Shown: positions 55,077-64,000 of the stretch, piece by piece
How positions within the stretch are numbered: position 1 is the stretch's first letter
Layout of the letters: the number at the start of each line of letters is the position of its first letter
Source: a virus
Length of the DNA: 64,000 nt
Virus record (IMG/VR): IMGVR_UViG_3300042291_001568
Span: 52,823 to 116,822 of that record
Strand: one strand, 5' to 3'
Made by a program: the position numbers and the translations under genes
The notes under the pieces: model-generated
Seen by the model: only the letters and a program-made list of their open reading frames with translations
Told to the model about the DNA's origin: nothing
Database searches by the model: none

Positions 55077-56327
55077 ATGGCAAAATACACATTCGCAGAC
55101 TGCAATGGACTTGCAGCTTTCATGAGTCTTGGGTTTGTAAACTCTGGAATGGAAATGAATATCAGAACAGGGACGCTTAATTTTGGCAACCCTGTTGCAG
55201 AGTTGAACAGGCACCATCTTGGAGACAATTGGAGTTCATTCTTTTCTGACGACCCAAATGAATGGCCTGATGTAAAAGCTGATGTAGTGCTGGGTTGTCC
55301 ACCGTGTTCGGGCTGGTCCGTATGGTCAGGCCCAGCAAACCGAGGTGCCGACGCAAAAGCACACGAGCACACAGTCGCGTTCATGAAGTACGCGGCACGG
55401 ATCAAACCAAAAATGATCATCTTTGAGTGTGTTCAGCAGGCGTACACGCAAGGCCGTGACACGATGGTTAAGTACCGCGACATGGTTGAAGAACTGTCTG
55501 GCAAAGAGTATGACCTGTATCATGTAAAAATGAATAACCTTCAGGTCGGTGGATTCTCGTACCGAGCGCGGTACTTCTGGACTGCTGTTGAAAAAGGAAT
55601 GCCGTTTGGCGCTCAAGCAATTGCTCCCGCTGAAATGCCAACAATGATGGATGTAATCGGTGACTTAGCTGATCTTGAGATCACATGGGACGCACAGCGA
55701 TACGTTTCGGAGCCATCCAAGTACGTAAAACACTTGCGCAACGCAAGCGGCGTTGTTGATGGCCACATGAATAAGAACAACTTGGATTCCCAGAGAATTC
55801 AAGAAATCTTTGACATCCTCGGCAACGACGGATGGAAGCCAATGATGCCGATCAACAAAGCGCTTCGTGAAGCTGTTGACCGCAACGGCGATAGGTTCCC
55901 ACAAGCCTGGCTTGGTCAAGAAGAAAAGATCCGTGCTAAAGATTTTTACATGGGATTTTCTATGCCTTGCCGCTGGAACGGCGACTCGTGGTGCCACGTG
56001 ATGACAGGCGGCGCGCTTGATCACATCGTACATCCAACGCTTCAACGAAGAATTACACACAGAGAAGCCGCCCGCATTCAAGGTCTTCCAGACAACTGGG
56101 AATTTTCTAAGGCAAAAACGTATTCCGCACTGGGAGCAACATGGGGCAAAGCCGTTGCAGTACAGGCCGCTAATTGGATTGGTCAAGCAGCAGTTGCTGC
56201 TTTAGACGGTCAGCCAAGCGGACCGCAGGGCGAACTCATTGGTAACAGAGAGTGGCTGATTGATACTGACAAAGGATTTAGCCGCCAGACTGTTAAGAAA
56301 ACCTGGTATGCGAATAAGCAAGGCTAA
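55077..56327 (+). CDS. Divergent DNA cytosine-C5 methyltransferase homologue
   Basis: GCPPCSGWS (motif IV), FECV (VI), SYRARYF (VIII), THREAARIQGLP (IX), GKAV (X); motif I is atypical (DCNGLAAF). Confidence 0.8.
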   Translation: MAKYTFADCNGLAAFMSLGFVNSGMEMNIRTGTLNFGNPVAELNRHHLGDNWSSFFSDDPNEWPDVKADVVLGCPPCSGWSVWSGPANRGADAKAHEHTVAFMKYAARIKPKMIIFECVQQAYTQGRDTMVKYRDMVEELSGKEYDLYHVKMNNLQVGGFSYRARYFWTAVEKGMPFGAQAIAPAEMPTMMDVIGDLADLEITWDAQRYVSEPSKYVKHLRNASGVVDGHMNKNNLDSQRIQEIFDILGNDGWKPMMPINKALREAVDRNGDRFPQAWLGQEEKIRAKDFYMGFSMPCRWNGDSWCHVMTGGALDHIVHPTLQRRITHREAARIQGLPDNWEFSKAKTYSALGATWGKAVAVQAANWIGQAAVAALDGQPSGPQGELIGNREWLIDTDKGFSRQTVKKTWYANKQG

Positions 56328-56348
56328 TAGCATATTTTAAAGTAAGTG

Positions 56349-56357
56349 TGGTATAAT
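56349..56357 (+). promoter_or_regulatory. Extended -10 promoter TGGTATAAT
   Basis: Consensus TGnTATAAT in an intergenic gap, 27 nt before the ATG. Confidence 0.6.
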
Positions 56358-56384
56358 GGCTAAAACGACAAAGGGACACCACAC

Positions 56385-56891
56385 ATGCAATCATTTCTTA
56401 CGGACACTTCTTCATTCGCTTTAGTTGCTAGCCATCTCGACAACAAACGGCTGCACAAACAAACTCTTGAAGCGTGGCAATGCTTAATGACTATGTGCGA
56501 GCTTGATCCTGACGGAAATCATCGTACGCCAAAAGGCTGGTCAAACCATCCAGTAGTAAAAATGTGGCGAGGCCATGAAACGTTATTCGTTTCTTATATC
56601 TCGGCCACATACTTTGAATGGAAGTCTCGTGGATTTAAGTCTACGTTGCTTGATAAAACGTACCGCACGTACGATAAAGCAATAGCGCTCAATCGCATTT
56701 CTAGTGATCTTGTTCTCCCAAGGTGGATGGAAAATACTGAGTACTTTGAGTCGCTCTGCTCTACCCATAGGACAGCGCTACTGTGCAAAAACTACGAATG
56801 GTACTCGCAATTTGACTGGGCCGAAAACACTGGAAAAGCACCAAGTACGTACGACTATATTTGGCCGCATCAGGACGGTTACGTAGCTTGA
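56385..56891 (+). CDS. Pyrimidine-dimer DNA glycosylase (DenV/MSMEG_6728-like)
   Basis: MQSFL..LDNKRLHKQTLEAWQ..GWSNHPVVKMWRGHE..HRTALLCK..Y.WP. Confidence 0.8.
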   Translation: MQSFLTDTSSFALVASHLDNKRLHKQTLEAWQCLMTMCELDPDGNHRTPKGWSNHPVVKMWRGHETLFVSYISATYFEWKSRGFKSTLLDKTYRTYDKAIALNRISSDLVLPRWMENTEYFESLCSTHRTALLCKNYEWYSQFDWAENTGKAPSTYDYIWPHQDGYVA

Positions 56892-57007
56892 CGCCATTGC
56901 GGCCTAGATCATCATAGAAGCTCTTAAAGGTTGCTTGTAAATCGTGTATGCATCTTGCTAGGCCACGTGCTTAGAATTCACTAGAATGCAGGATATTATT
57001 TCTAGTA

Positions 57008-57346
57008 ATGAAGGATTCAAGAAAAGGCGAGTGTCTCTGGTCTGAGTGGACTGGCATCGGCGCAGAAGCGCTTTTACCTGTCTCAAGTTTAGTGTTCTTC
57101 ACTGAAGACCATGTAGGACTTGAAAATGAAATAGTGCTAAGAGCTCTTGCATCTGCTCTTCAACACGACGGGTCTGCAGTATCACTTGGCGATGGATACA
57201 AAATGGCAGAAAAAGGAAATGTGTTTCACGTGTCTGCTGGAGAAGTTGACAATGACACAGAACTTACAATATGCAATAGCAACGGTGAAACAAGAGACGG
57301 TGACAAAGTTGACAGAATAGTTGAAATAACTCTAGTAGCTTTATGA
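57008..57346 (+). CDS. Hypothetical protein
   Basis: 112 aa, coupled to whiB. Confidence 0.6.
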   Translation: MKDSRKGECLWSEWTGIGAEALLPVSSLVFFTEDHVGLENEIVLRALASALQHDGSAVSLGDGYKMAEKGNVFHVSAGEVDNDTELTICNSNGETRDGDKVDRIVEITLVAL

Positions 57347-57870
57347 ACAAAAAAGGGTTAAGCAACGTCGGCTGGCAAGACAACGCTGAGTGCGTAAAGC
57401 CTGTCAATAAGCATATACGAAAGTTCTTTTTTTCTAGCATTCCAAATGAAAAGTACACCGCACGCAATTTGTGCTTCACCTGCGATGTGCGCCTAGACTG
57501 CCTAAAGTACGCTCTTGAAAACAAACAAATTCACGGCGTGTGGGGTGGAAAAGATGAAGGAGAAATTCGCCGAGCATTGTCCGTGTCGCACACTGGGCAA
57601 GAGATTCGTAGGCAACGGTTTCCAAATTGTCCAGCATGCGGTGGACGGCCTTCTAAGCTTAGCGTTATTGTGGCAGACTCACCGGAAGGTGGCCGCTGGA
57701 AAACAATGAAGCTTGTTGTATGCGGTGAGTGCGAATTTACATGGAGAAGTCGCACAAGCGCAAATGCAGTAGACGCGTACCACGCAAGTAAGACTTCAAA
57801 GAAGTCTAAGACGTCTAAAGGAGCTAGTCCTTTTCAGTCTGACTCTGACTCTGACTCTGCAACTGAGTAA
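57343..57870 (+). CDS. whiB: WhiB-family regulator fused to a Zn-ribbon-like domain
   Basis: WQDNAEC..FF..ARNLCFTCDVRLDCL..GVWGG; C-terminal CPACG..CGEC. Confidence 0.88.
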   Translation: MNKKGLSNVGWQDNAECVKPVNKHIRKFFFSSIPNEKYTARNLCFTCDVRLDCLKYALENKQIHGVWGGKDEGEIRRALSVSHTGQEIRRQRFPNCPACGGRPSKLSVIVADSPEGGRWKTMKLVVCGECEFTWRSRTSANAVDAYHASKTSKKSKTSKGASPFQSDSDSDSATE

Positions 57871-57958
57871 TTGTTGCTCTTGCAACTGCAAGTTGAAATG
57901 TCAGTTGCTTAATCTGCTCTAAAAGATCGTTTACTATTGTCTGTGCATCAATATCCAT
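57824..57958 (-). CDS. Small coiled-coil protein overlapping the whiB 3' end
   Basis: MDIDAQTIVNDLLEQIKQLTFQLAVARATITQLQSQSQSQTEKD; AAGGA-like SD; last gene of the minus operon. Confidence 0.55.
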   Translation of the reverse strand: MDIDAQTIVNDLLEQIKQLTFQLAVARATITQLQSQSQSQTEKD

Positions 57959-57986
57959 TGCGTATGTTTTCCTTTTGTTGTGTTCG

Positions 57987-59045
57987 TTATGTAAGTTCAT
58001 ACCAGCCTTTACCCCATAGAGTTTGCAGCCGAGTAAAGTACTCTTCATACATTATACCTACTGTATTCAAACCATAGCGATCTTTTGAGTATTGGCTGAT
58101 TGCTTTGCGGTCTAGGTACGGTGCTGCTTTCGCAGCATTAATAAATTCTTGCAGAGTATGACATCTAAACCCAGTAACTCCGTCAATGACGGTTTCGGTA
58201 AACGCGCCCCAGTCGGTTGAAATTACAGGTGAACCGCACGCCATTGCTTCTACTGCAACAGTTCCAAATGGCTCAACATAGATAGTTGGAGTAAAAGTTG
58301 CAATGGCTCCGCCCATCAGTTTTGCTCGTTCCTCGGTGCCGACCACCCCAACGTATTCACCGTACTCTGGCGGTACACCTTGACCAGCAATAACAAGACG
58401 CTTGCCTAAGGCTTTGCAAATGTCAACTGCAATCTGATAGCCTTTACGCTCTATAAGCCGTCCTATGTACAGATAGTAGTCATTAGGCTTTTCCTGTAGA
58501 GGGAAATCGTCAACGTCTATGTAACTTGGAATTACAGCGTCATAGAACTTGCCGTCAAGAGTGTGGGGGTCGGTTACTTTTGACCCGTAACAAGAGTGCA
58601 TCCATGCGTATGACTCAAAAACCTTAAATGGAGCAAACGAGCCACCATAACCAATACCGAACTCCACGCTTAGCTCATCAGGGAAAGCATCGGCGATTGG
58701 CTTAGATGCAAATCCTGTTATAAGACAAATAAAGTCCTTGTGTTCTAGGCGTTCTTTGATTCCTTTAATCGCATTGTTATTAAACTCAATCCAGTGTGGG
58801 AGGTTCCAGTCAAAAGATGCTGCCGAATAGTGATTGTTGCCTACGGCTTTTAGTCGCTGTTCTTCTGTAATACAAGTAATATGTTCGTCGCAGGGTGCTT
58901 CATTGAATTCTCCGCCGTAGAGAAACACGGTATGCCCGAGGTTCTTCATCATGATTGCGAATTTGCGGACTTTCTCCGTATAGGCACAGGCGGTGAAGGC
59001 TTCGGTCGTATTTGTGTGCGGCAGGGAAACTAAATGAAAGCGCAT
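57987..59045 (-). CDS. GT4-family glycosyltransferase
   Basis: YLYIGRLIERKG..VEPFGTVAVEAMACGSPVISTDWG. Confidence 0.88.
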   Translation of the reverse strand: MRFHLVSLPHTNTTEAFTACAYTEKVRKFAIMMKNLGHTVFLYGGEFNEAPCDEHITCITEEQRLKAVGNNHYSAASFDWNLPHWIEFNNNAIKGIKERLEHKDFICLITGFASKPIADAFPDELSVEFGIGYGGSFAPFKVFESYAWMHSCYGSKVTDPHTLDGKFYDAVIPSYIDVDDFPLQEKPNDYYLYIGRLIERKGYQIAVDICKALGKRLVIAGQGVPPEYGEYVGVVGTEERAKLMGGAIATFTPTIYVEPFGTVAVEAMACGSPVISTDWGAFTETVIDGVTGFRCHTLQEFINAAKAAPYLDRKAISQYSKDRYGLNTVGIMYEEYFTRLQTLWGKGWYELT

Positions 59046-59080
59046 AGTGAGATACTAACAAGGTTTCCTTCTCTTAGTGG

Positions 59081-59197
59081 CTATTCTGCCAGTGTTTTTG
59101 TACCTGAGCCTGTGGCTGTGCGTTCGATTGCAGCCTGGTTGTAGATTGCACCTATTTGGTTGTAGGTGTATCCTGTTTGGTTATAGAGGGTAGCCAT
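59081..59197 (-). pseudogene. 38-aa ORF, possible truncated virion-gene 5' end
   Basis: MATLYNQTGYTYNQIGAIYNQAAIERTATGSG followed by an abrupt TKTLAE*. Confidence 0.35.
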
Positions 59198-59207
59198 TTG
59201 CTACCTG

Positions 59208-59912
59208 TTACGAGTTCCTGTATCCGTAGACACGAATAGTCCCACCAGTCATGGTTGCGCCACCACTCTGATTGACAATCAAATCTGTGTACGCTGTTGA
59301 AGTATTCATTATCCCTGAATATGTAGTTCGGTATGCAGCGTTTGCGTGGGTTCCAGTAACTACTGTTGATGACGCAAGGTTCGGGCGTTGAACATCAAAT
59401 GAGCAACTGAAGTTTCCTGATGTTTCCGATGCGCCTACTGCAATTCCGTTACTTGTATTTGCTGCACCTGTTCCAGTAATGGTTGTTGGTCCTGAATATG
59501 TTTGATATGTTCCAGCCCAGTTGTATGTAGAAAGGGAAGTTTCAAATTTCACACGAATATCGTTGTTTGCTGTTGAGCAAGTAACACCTGAAATCACAAC
59601 TCTGTAATCTGAGTAGGTCGCATTGAAAGCATTGGTAACAGTGACGGTTGCTTGTGTTGTGCCGATAGTGACCACACCACCTGATGCTGTGCCACCCGAT
59701 GTGCAGGTAGCCGTAGTAACAAGTTCCAAACCCATTGGATTTTGTGCGGGGCTGTTGGGGATAACCCAAGCCGTACCGTTGTAAACATAAAGACGGTCTG
59801 TGTCTGTCTCAAAAATCATTTGACCTTCAAACGGCACAGCAGGGCGAGTAGACGACGTACACACACCAGGTTTAATAATCGATTGCGCACCAACAACAGA
59901 ACTAAGAGGCAT
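59208..59912 (-). CDS. Small tail-fibre-like virion protein (paralogue A)
   Basis: ATG 59912; GVCTSSTRPAVPFEGQMIFETDT..TFN..Y..YRVVI..GGTIRVYGYRN. Confidence 0.72.
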   Translation of the reverse strand: MPLSSVVGAQSIIKPGVCTSSTRPAVPFEGQMIFETDTDRLYVYNGTAWVIPNSPAQNPMGLELVTTATCTSGGTASGGVVTIGTTQATVTVTNAFNATYSDYRVVISGVTCSTANNDIRVKFETSLSTYNWAGTYQTYSGPTTITGTGAANTSNGIAVGASETSGNFSCSFDVQRPNLASSTVVTGTHANAAYRTTYSGIMNTSTAYTDLIVNQSGGATMTGGTIRVYGYRNS

Positions 59913-60009
59913 CAGCAACCTCAGTCCAACCCGAAGCCAACAGGTCAGCGTATTCTTCTTCGGTCATTTCACGAACTTCATCATCTATTTGGATATTTGG
60001 TCGTGTCAT
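59902..60009 (-). CDS. 35-aa fibre-associated small protein (not in the ORF track)
   Basis: MTRPNIQIDDEVREMTEEEYADLLASGWTEVADAS*; fills the gap between the paralogues. Confidence 0.55.
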   Translation of the reverse strand: MTRPNIQIDDEVREMTEEEYADLLASGWTEVADAS

Positions 60010-60012
60010 CGT

Positions 60013-60663
60013 TTATGGCTTCCTGTATCCGTACACGGTGATAGTTCCACCGCTAAGGGTTCCTGATTCGTTTAACAAAGTTAAATCAGTGTAACTGGTT
60101 GTATTTTCAATAGACCCAGAGAAGCCGCCTGAATAACCTCGCCCGTAATAGTTGCCATTGTATTGAGTTCTAGCCGCCAAAAATGGGGCAACTAAATCAA
60201 AACTACTAGATGATGATGGGGCAGTGCTATCCGACAAGGCTACATACCAAAAGGTTGCGTTGTTCATAGGGACAAATGTCCAAGACGTTGCAGAATATAA
60301 AACATACCAAAAATTGCCATAGTACCCAGTAGCCGCAGAACCCATCCTAATGACTAACCCTTGTGAAGAAGTTGTTTGCACTCCATCGATTATCACTCGA
60401 TAATTGTCATAGGTGGTTGAGAACACATTGGTTAGAACCGTTGTTGCCGAACCCGCAGTAATCGCTTGCGATTTTACATATACCAGCCCTGAGTTGCCGA
60501 CAGCGGTACCACCCGACACCTGTTGCCAAGCCGACCCACCATAAATGAAAGTCAAATCGGTATCAGTCTCATAAATCATTTGACCTTCAAACGGTGTTGC
60601 AGGTCTGTTAGACGAAGTACAAACGCCTGGTCGAAGCCCTTGTGTAGTAGCAGAAATAGTCAT
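60013..60663 (-). CDS. Small tail-fibre-like virion protein (paralogue B)
   Basis: ATG 60663; GVCTSSNRPATPFEGQMIYETDT..VFSTTYDNYRV..GGTITVYGYRK. Confidence 0.72.
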   Translation of the reverse strand: MTISATTQGLRPGVCTSSNRPATPFEGQMIYETDTDLTFIYGGSAWQQVSGGTAVGNSGLVYVKSQAITAGSATTVLTNVFSTTYDNYRVIIDGVQTTSSQGLVIRMGSAATGYYGNFWYVLYSATSWTFVPMNNATFWYVALSDSTAPSSSSSFDLVAPFLAARTQYNGNYYGRGYSGGFSGSIENTTSYTDLTLLNESGTLSGGTITVYGYRKP

Positions 60664-60818
60664 TGTAAATTCCATTCTTCTGCCGTGTTACCTTCTGCAA
60701 CCCACGCAAGATACGCCTCATGTAGAGGGCTTTGTTCTGTGAAATAGGTAACGGTTTCACCATCATGCAAAGCCAGCGTTGTTGAATTGTCCAACAAATC
60801 AGTGTGTGTGTAATACAT
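60660..60818 (-). CDS. 52-aa fibre-associated small protein (not in the ORF track)
   Basis: MYYTHTDLLDN..HEAYLAWVAEGNTAEEWNLQ*; ATG follows the upstream TAA. Confidence 0.6.
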   Translation of the reverse strand: MYYTHTDLLDNSTTLALHDGETVTYFTEQSPLHEAYLAWVAEGNTAEEWNLQ

Positions 60819-61757
60819 TTATAACTCCGCACTTATTTCAATAGAAGTTGAACCGTCTGCATAATACCAGCCACCAGTTGTTGACCAGTTGGTTGAAAGA
60901 ACATTGGCTGCACCTAAAGACGGAGTAGTCCCACCCTGCCATGTAGAAGTAGTAACTGTATGAGGGTTAATGCGCATCTGTACTGGATTGGGGATTGTCA
61001 ATCTATACTGTGTTCCTGCGTACTGAAATGATAGATAAGAAATACCAGCAGAGGAACTGTGTTTCCAGTAATACCTTTGGCATAATGCTAGTTCTACACC
61101 GATAGGGCGTTGCTCAAACGGGGTTGAAGAATAATTCTGTTCCAACTGCACACCCGTAACATCAAAATAATCATTAGCACCAGCAGTACCAACGGGAGTG
61201 TAAAAAAATACGGGTTGCACTTGATTCACCCCCGAAGGAACAAATACAGAATATGTAAAACGCTGGAAAGATGTAGTAAGCGTTGCTGTTGTATCCAACG
61301 GTATAGCCTGACCAGTAAGGGTTGCGGCAAGATAGTTGCCATCCGTTCCAGTCCCCGTGACAAGACGAACATTCAAAGCAGAACTTGCAGCAGAAAAGTT
61401 TGCTCCAGCCCTAGCATAAAAAGAAAAAGAAACTTGTTTATTTGCTAAAGGAATCGAAGTTACCGTTTCAACAGGTTGGCTCAAATAAAGTGCCGAAGTG
61501 TTTGTATTGGATGCCGTACGTTGAAGTCTCAAACAATATTGAAAACCATCAAGGCTTGCTGTTTGACGGGATGCAGAAAAGTTGGCAGTTCCCCCTGGCG
61601 TGACACACCACCTATCGGCTGTATAAGGTGAACCAGTAGTTACCGTGATTGAAGTACCACGTTGCCAAACCCTAAAATCACCGTTAATTAGAACGTTACG
61701 AAACCCCAAGCCAGCAGGCAACAACGCCGACGAACCGAGAGCAAAATCCAAACCCAT
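60819..61757 (-). CDS. Tail-fibre-like protein with carbohydrate-binding-type beta-sandwich
   Basis: FRNVLINGDFRVWQRGTS..YTADRW..VTLSF..GVQLE..TPFEQRPIGVELALCQRYY. Confidence 0.75.
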   Translation of the reverse strand: MGLDFALGSSALLPAGLGFRNVLINGDFRVWQRGTSITVTTGSPYTADRWCVTPGGTANFSASRQTASLDGFQYCLRLQRTASNTNTSALYLSQPVETVTSIPLANKQVSFSFYARAGANFSAASSALNVRLVTGTGTDGNYLAATLTGQAIPLDTTATLTTSFQRFTYSVFVPSGVNQVQPVFFYTPVGTAGANDYFDVTGVQLEQNYSSTPFEQRPIGVELALCQRYYWKHSSSAGISYLSFQYAGTQYRLTIPNPVQMRINPHTVTTSTWQGGTTPSLGAANVLSTNWSTTGGWYYADGSTSIEISAEL

Positions 61758-61759
61758 AA

Positions 61760-62095
61760 CTAGTTAGTCTTTTCCCAACCGACAACAGTAACCGTCACCT
61801 TAGAAGCCGTATCAGACAAACCCTGCAACGTCTCACCAGTCAACAACACCAAAGCCGTATCCCAAACCATCACATCATTCGCACCAATCGGCAACGAAGA
61901 CATCAAACGATTCGCAGCAGTAGCCGCAGAACCAATAGCCAACGTCACAGTACGGTCAACCGTATCCGTGTTACAAATAACAATCTGCTTAATAACCTCA
62001 GTGACACCCGAAGCTGCAGTACAAATAGTTGTAGTCGAAGTACCCAACTGTGTTGGACCACCCAACCTAGATTCAACTCTGTCACCCGATGCCAT
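61760..62095 (-). CDS. Small virion accessory protein
   Basis: 111 aa; IKQIVICNTD..TLAIG..DTALVL..GETLQG. Confidence 0.65.
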   Translation of the reverse strand: MASGDRVESRLGGPTQLGTSTTTICTAASGVTEVIKQIVICNTDTVDRTVTLAIGSAATAANRLMSSLPIGANDVMVWDTALVLLTGETLQGLSDTASKVTVTVVGWEKTN

Positions 62096-62096
62096 A

Positions 62097-63087
<991 letters not shown>

Positions 63088-63113
63088 TAGAGACATAAAT
63101 TAGGCGGGAAGAG

Positions 63114-63272
63114 CTAGTTCCACCCGTTCCTTTTCATCCATTCGCTCAATGTGTTTGTTATTTCCGTCTCGGGCTCCGACTTATCTCTATCTACGTCTAA
63201 GTGGTCGTTGTCGGACGCCCTGATGACCCGCGATGCCATGCTGTTTTCGCTAATTTTAGCAAAATTTGCCAT
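63114..63272 (-). CDS. 52-aa hypothetical ORF, possibly degenerate
   Basis: MANFAKISENSMASRV.. after a GGGA SD; the N-terminus resembles small phage fibre-associated proteins. Confidence 0.3.
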   Translation of the reverse strand: MANFAKISENSMASRVIRASDNDHLDVDRDKSEPETEITNTLSEWMKRNGWN

Positions 63273-63614
63273 AATTTCCCATTTTCTGTTGCTGATACAT
63301 TCTATACCATTTTGCTTTTTTATCATTTATACTTATTCGAAAATCCACACCCACATTCGATGGCTGCTGCGGTCACAGAGGGTCTGAGTGGCAAATCGTA
63401 ACAATCCTTGAATTAGTGCTGCCGCGATATGTTTGGCCGCGACCGGCTAGCCCCCTTGACTTTGGGTATTAGTGTCGCCAGCACCGTCTGGTCTTTCTTC
63501 TAACGTGCTACGGCTTGAACTGTCGTCAGAACCACCAGAAATGCTTGAGTATTGAAAGGGATGCCAGAACAACCCATAGGACATTAAAAAGAATGATTGT
63601 TGGCATGGTCTTGA

Positions 63615-64000
63615 TTAGAGAAATTTCAGTCTTCTTGTGACTATTGGCGTCGTAGCAATGGTGCTGAATATAGCCATAAACAGAAGCGCAGTAAACATTT
63701 GTGCGCTGATAATACCTTTGTCAAGCATTACTGTGCAAAATATAATTTCAATAAGCGCTTTGGTTTGAAGAAGCCATCCAATTGTCGTGGCATCTTTTCT
63801 GTTCCAACCATTGATTATTGCCGAGAGTCTAATGCCAAGCATTTTTCCAAAAGCCTGAACAACAAATAAAACAATCGCAAGACCAATAACTATAGGATTT
63901 TTTAACTCCCAAGCCGTGCGCAATCCTGTGCTCAAAAAGAAAATCGGCATCATCAGCAAAAGAACATATTTTCTAAATTGGGTAACCACTTCTTCGCCTA
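63615..64000 (-). CDS. Cation/H+ antiporter (CPA2-like), C-terminal part, 5' end outside the window
   Basis: Frame open to the edge; MPIFFLSTGL..GKMLG..IGWLLQTKALIEIIF..GIIS..FTALLFMAIFSTIATTP hydrophobic helices. Confidence 0.8.
   Translation of the reverse strand, partial: GEEVVTQFRKYVLLLMMPIFFLSTGLRTAWELKNPIVIGLAIVLFVVQAFGKMLGIRLSAIINGWNRKDATTIGWLLQTKALIEIIFCTVMLDKGIISAQMFTALLFMAIFSTIATTPIVTRRLKFL

Noticed and set aside
56900-56965. GGCCTAG/CTAGGCC inverted repeat after the glycosylase gene
   Set aside because: Only 7 bp of clean pairing across ~50 nt; plausible by chance.
59800-60640. Diversity-generating retroelement template/variable repeat pair
   Set aside because: The similarity is at gene 5' ends, differences are not adenine-specific, and no reverse transcriptase is in the window.
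63526-63606. 26-aa hydrophobic ORF MPTIILFNVLWVVLASLSILKHFWWF on the minus strand
   Set aside because: Could be a small membrane-protein remnant, but it is too short and has no clear RBS to support as a feature.

Overview
The whole window reads as part of one tailed dsDNA phage genome (siphovirus-type, long tape measure). The host is most likely an actinobacterium: there is a WhiB regulator, and the head module has the cluster-B-mycobacteriophage layout of a large protease protein, a hexamer capsid and a separate pentamer capsid. Order on +: a >=5051-aa polyvalent protein that is probably 5'-truncated by the window edge (3 WYL-like, KTSC, 2-3 ADP-ribosyltransferase, PI3K/HipA-like kinase, DEDDh exonuclease, SF1 helicase, 2 Nudix domains), then head genes (15.2-23.7 kb) and tail genes (23.8-40 kb). 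These are followed by nucleotide metabolism, replication and recombination genes (40-49.4 kb), a sugar-activation/glycosyltransferase/nucleotide-pool/C5-MTase cluster (49.6-56.3 kb), a UV-repair glycosylase and WhiB. From 57.8 kb a convergent minus-strand block holds a GT4 glycosyltransferase, small tail-fibre-like genes and a truncated cation/H+ antiporter. No tRNA, rRNA, integrase, CRISPR array, terminase, portal or lysin was recognised. Strongest leads: (1) a probable DNA base hypermodification pathway (thymidylate-synthase homologue with the cytosine-type Asp, a kinase-HAD-nucleotidyltransferase trio, two DNA-type glycosyltransferases, a dCTPase/dUTPase-like enzyme, and a C5-MTase with a non-canonical SAM loop); (2) the giant head-linked multi-enzyme protein; (3) a structured leader that can sequester the capsid RBS, plus in-frame internal starts in the protease and capsid genes; (4) one ~60-aa beta-domain grafted seven times into five virion proteins. 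All family assignments come from motif recognition by eye; no searches were run.
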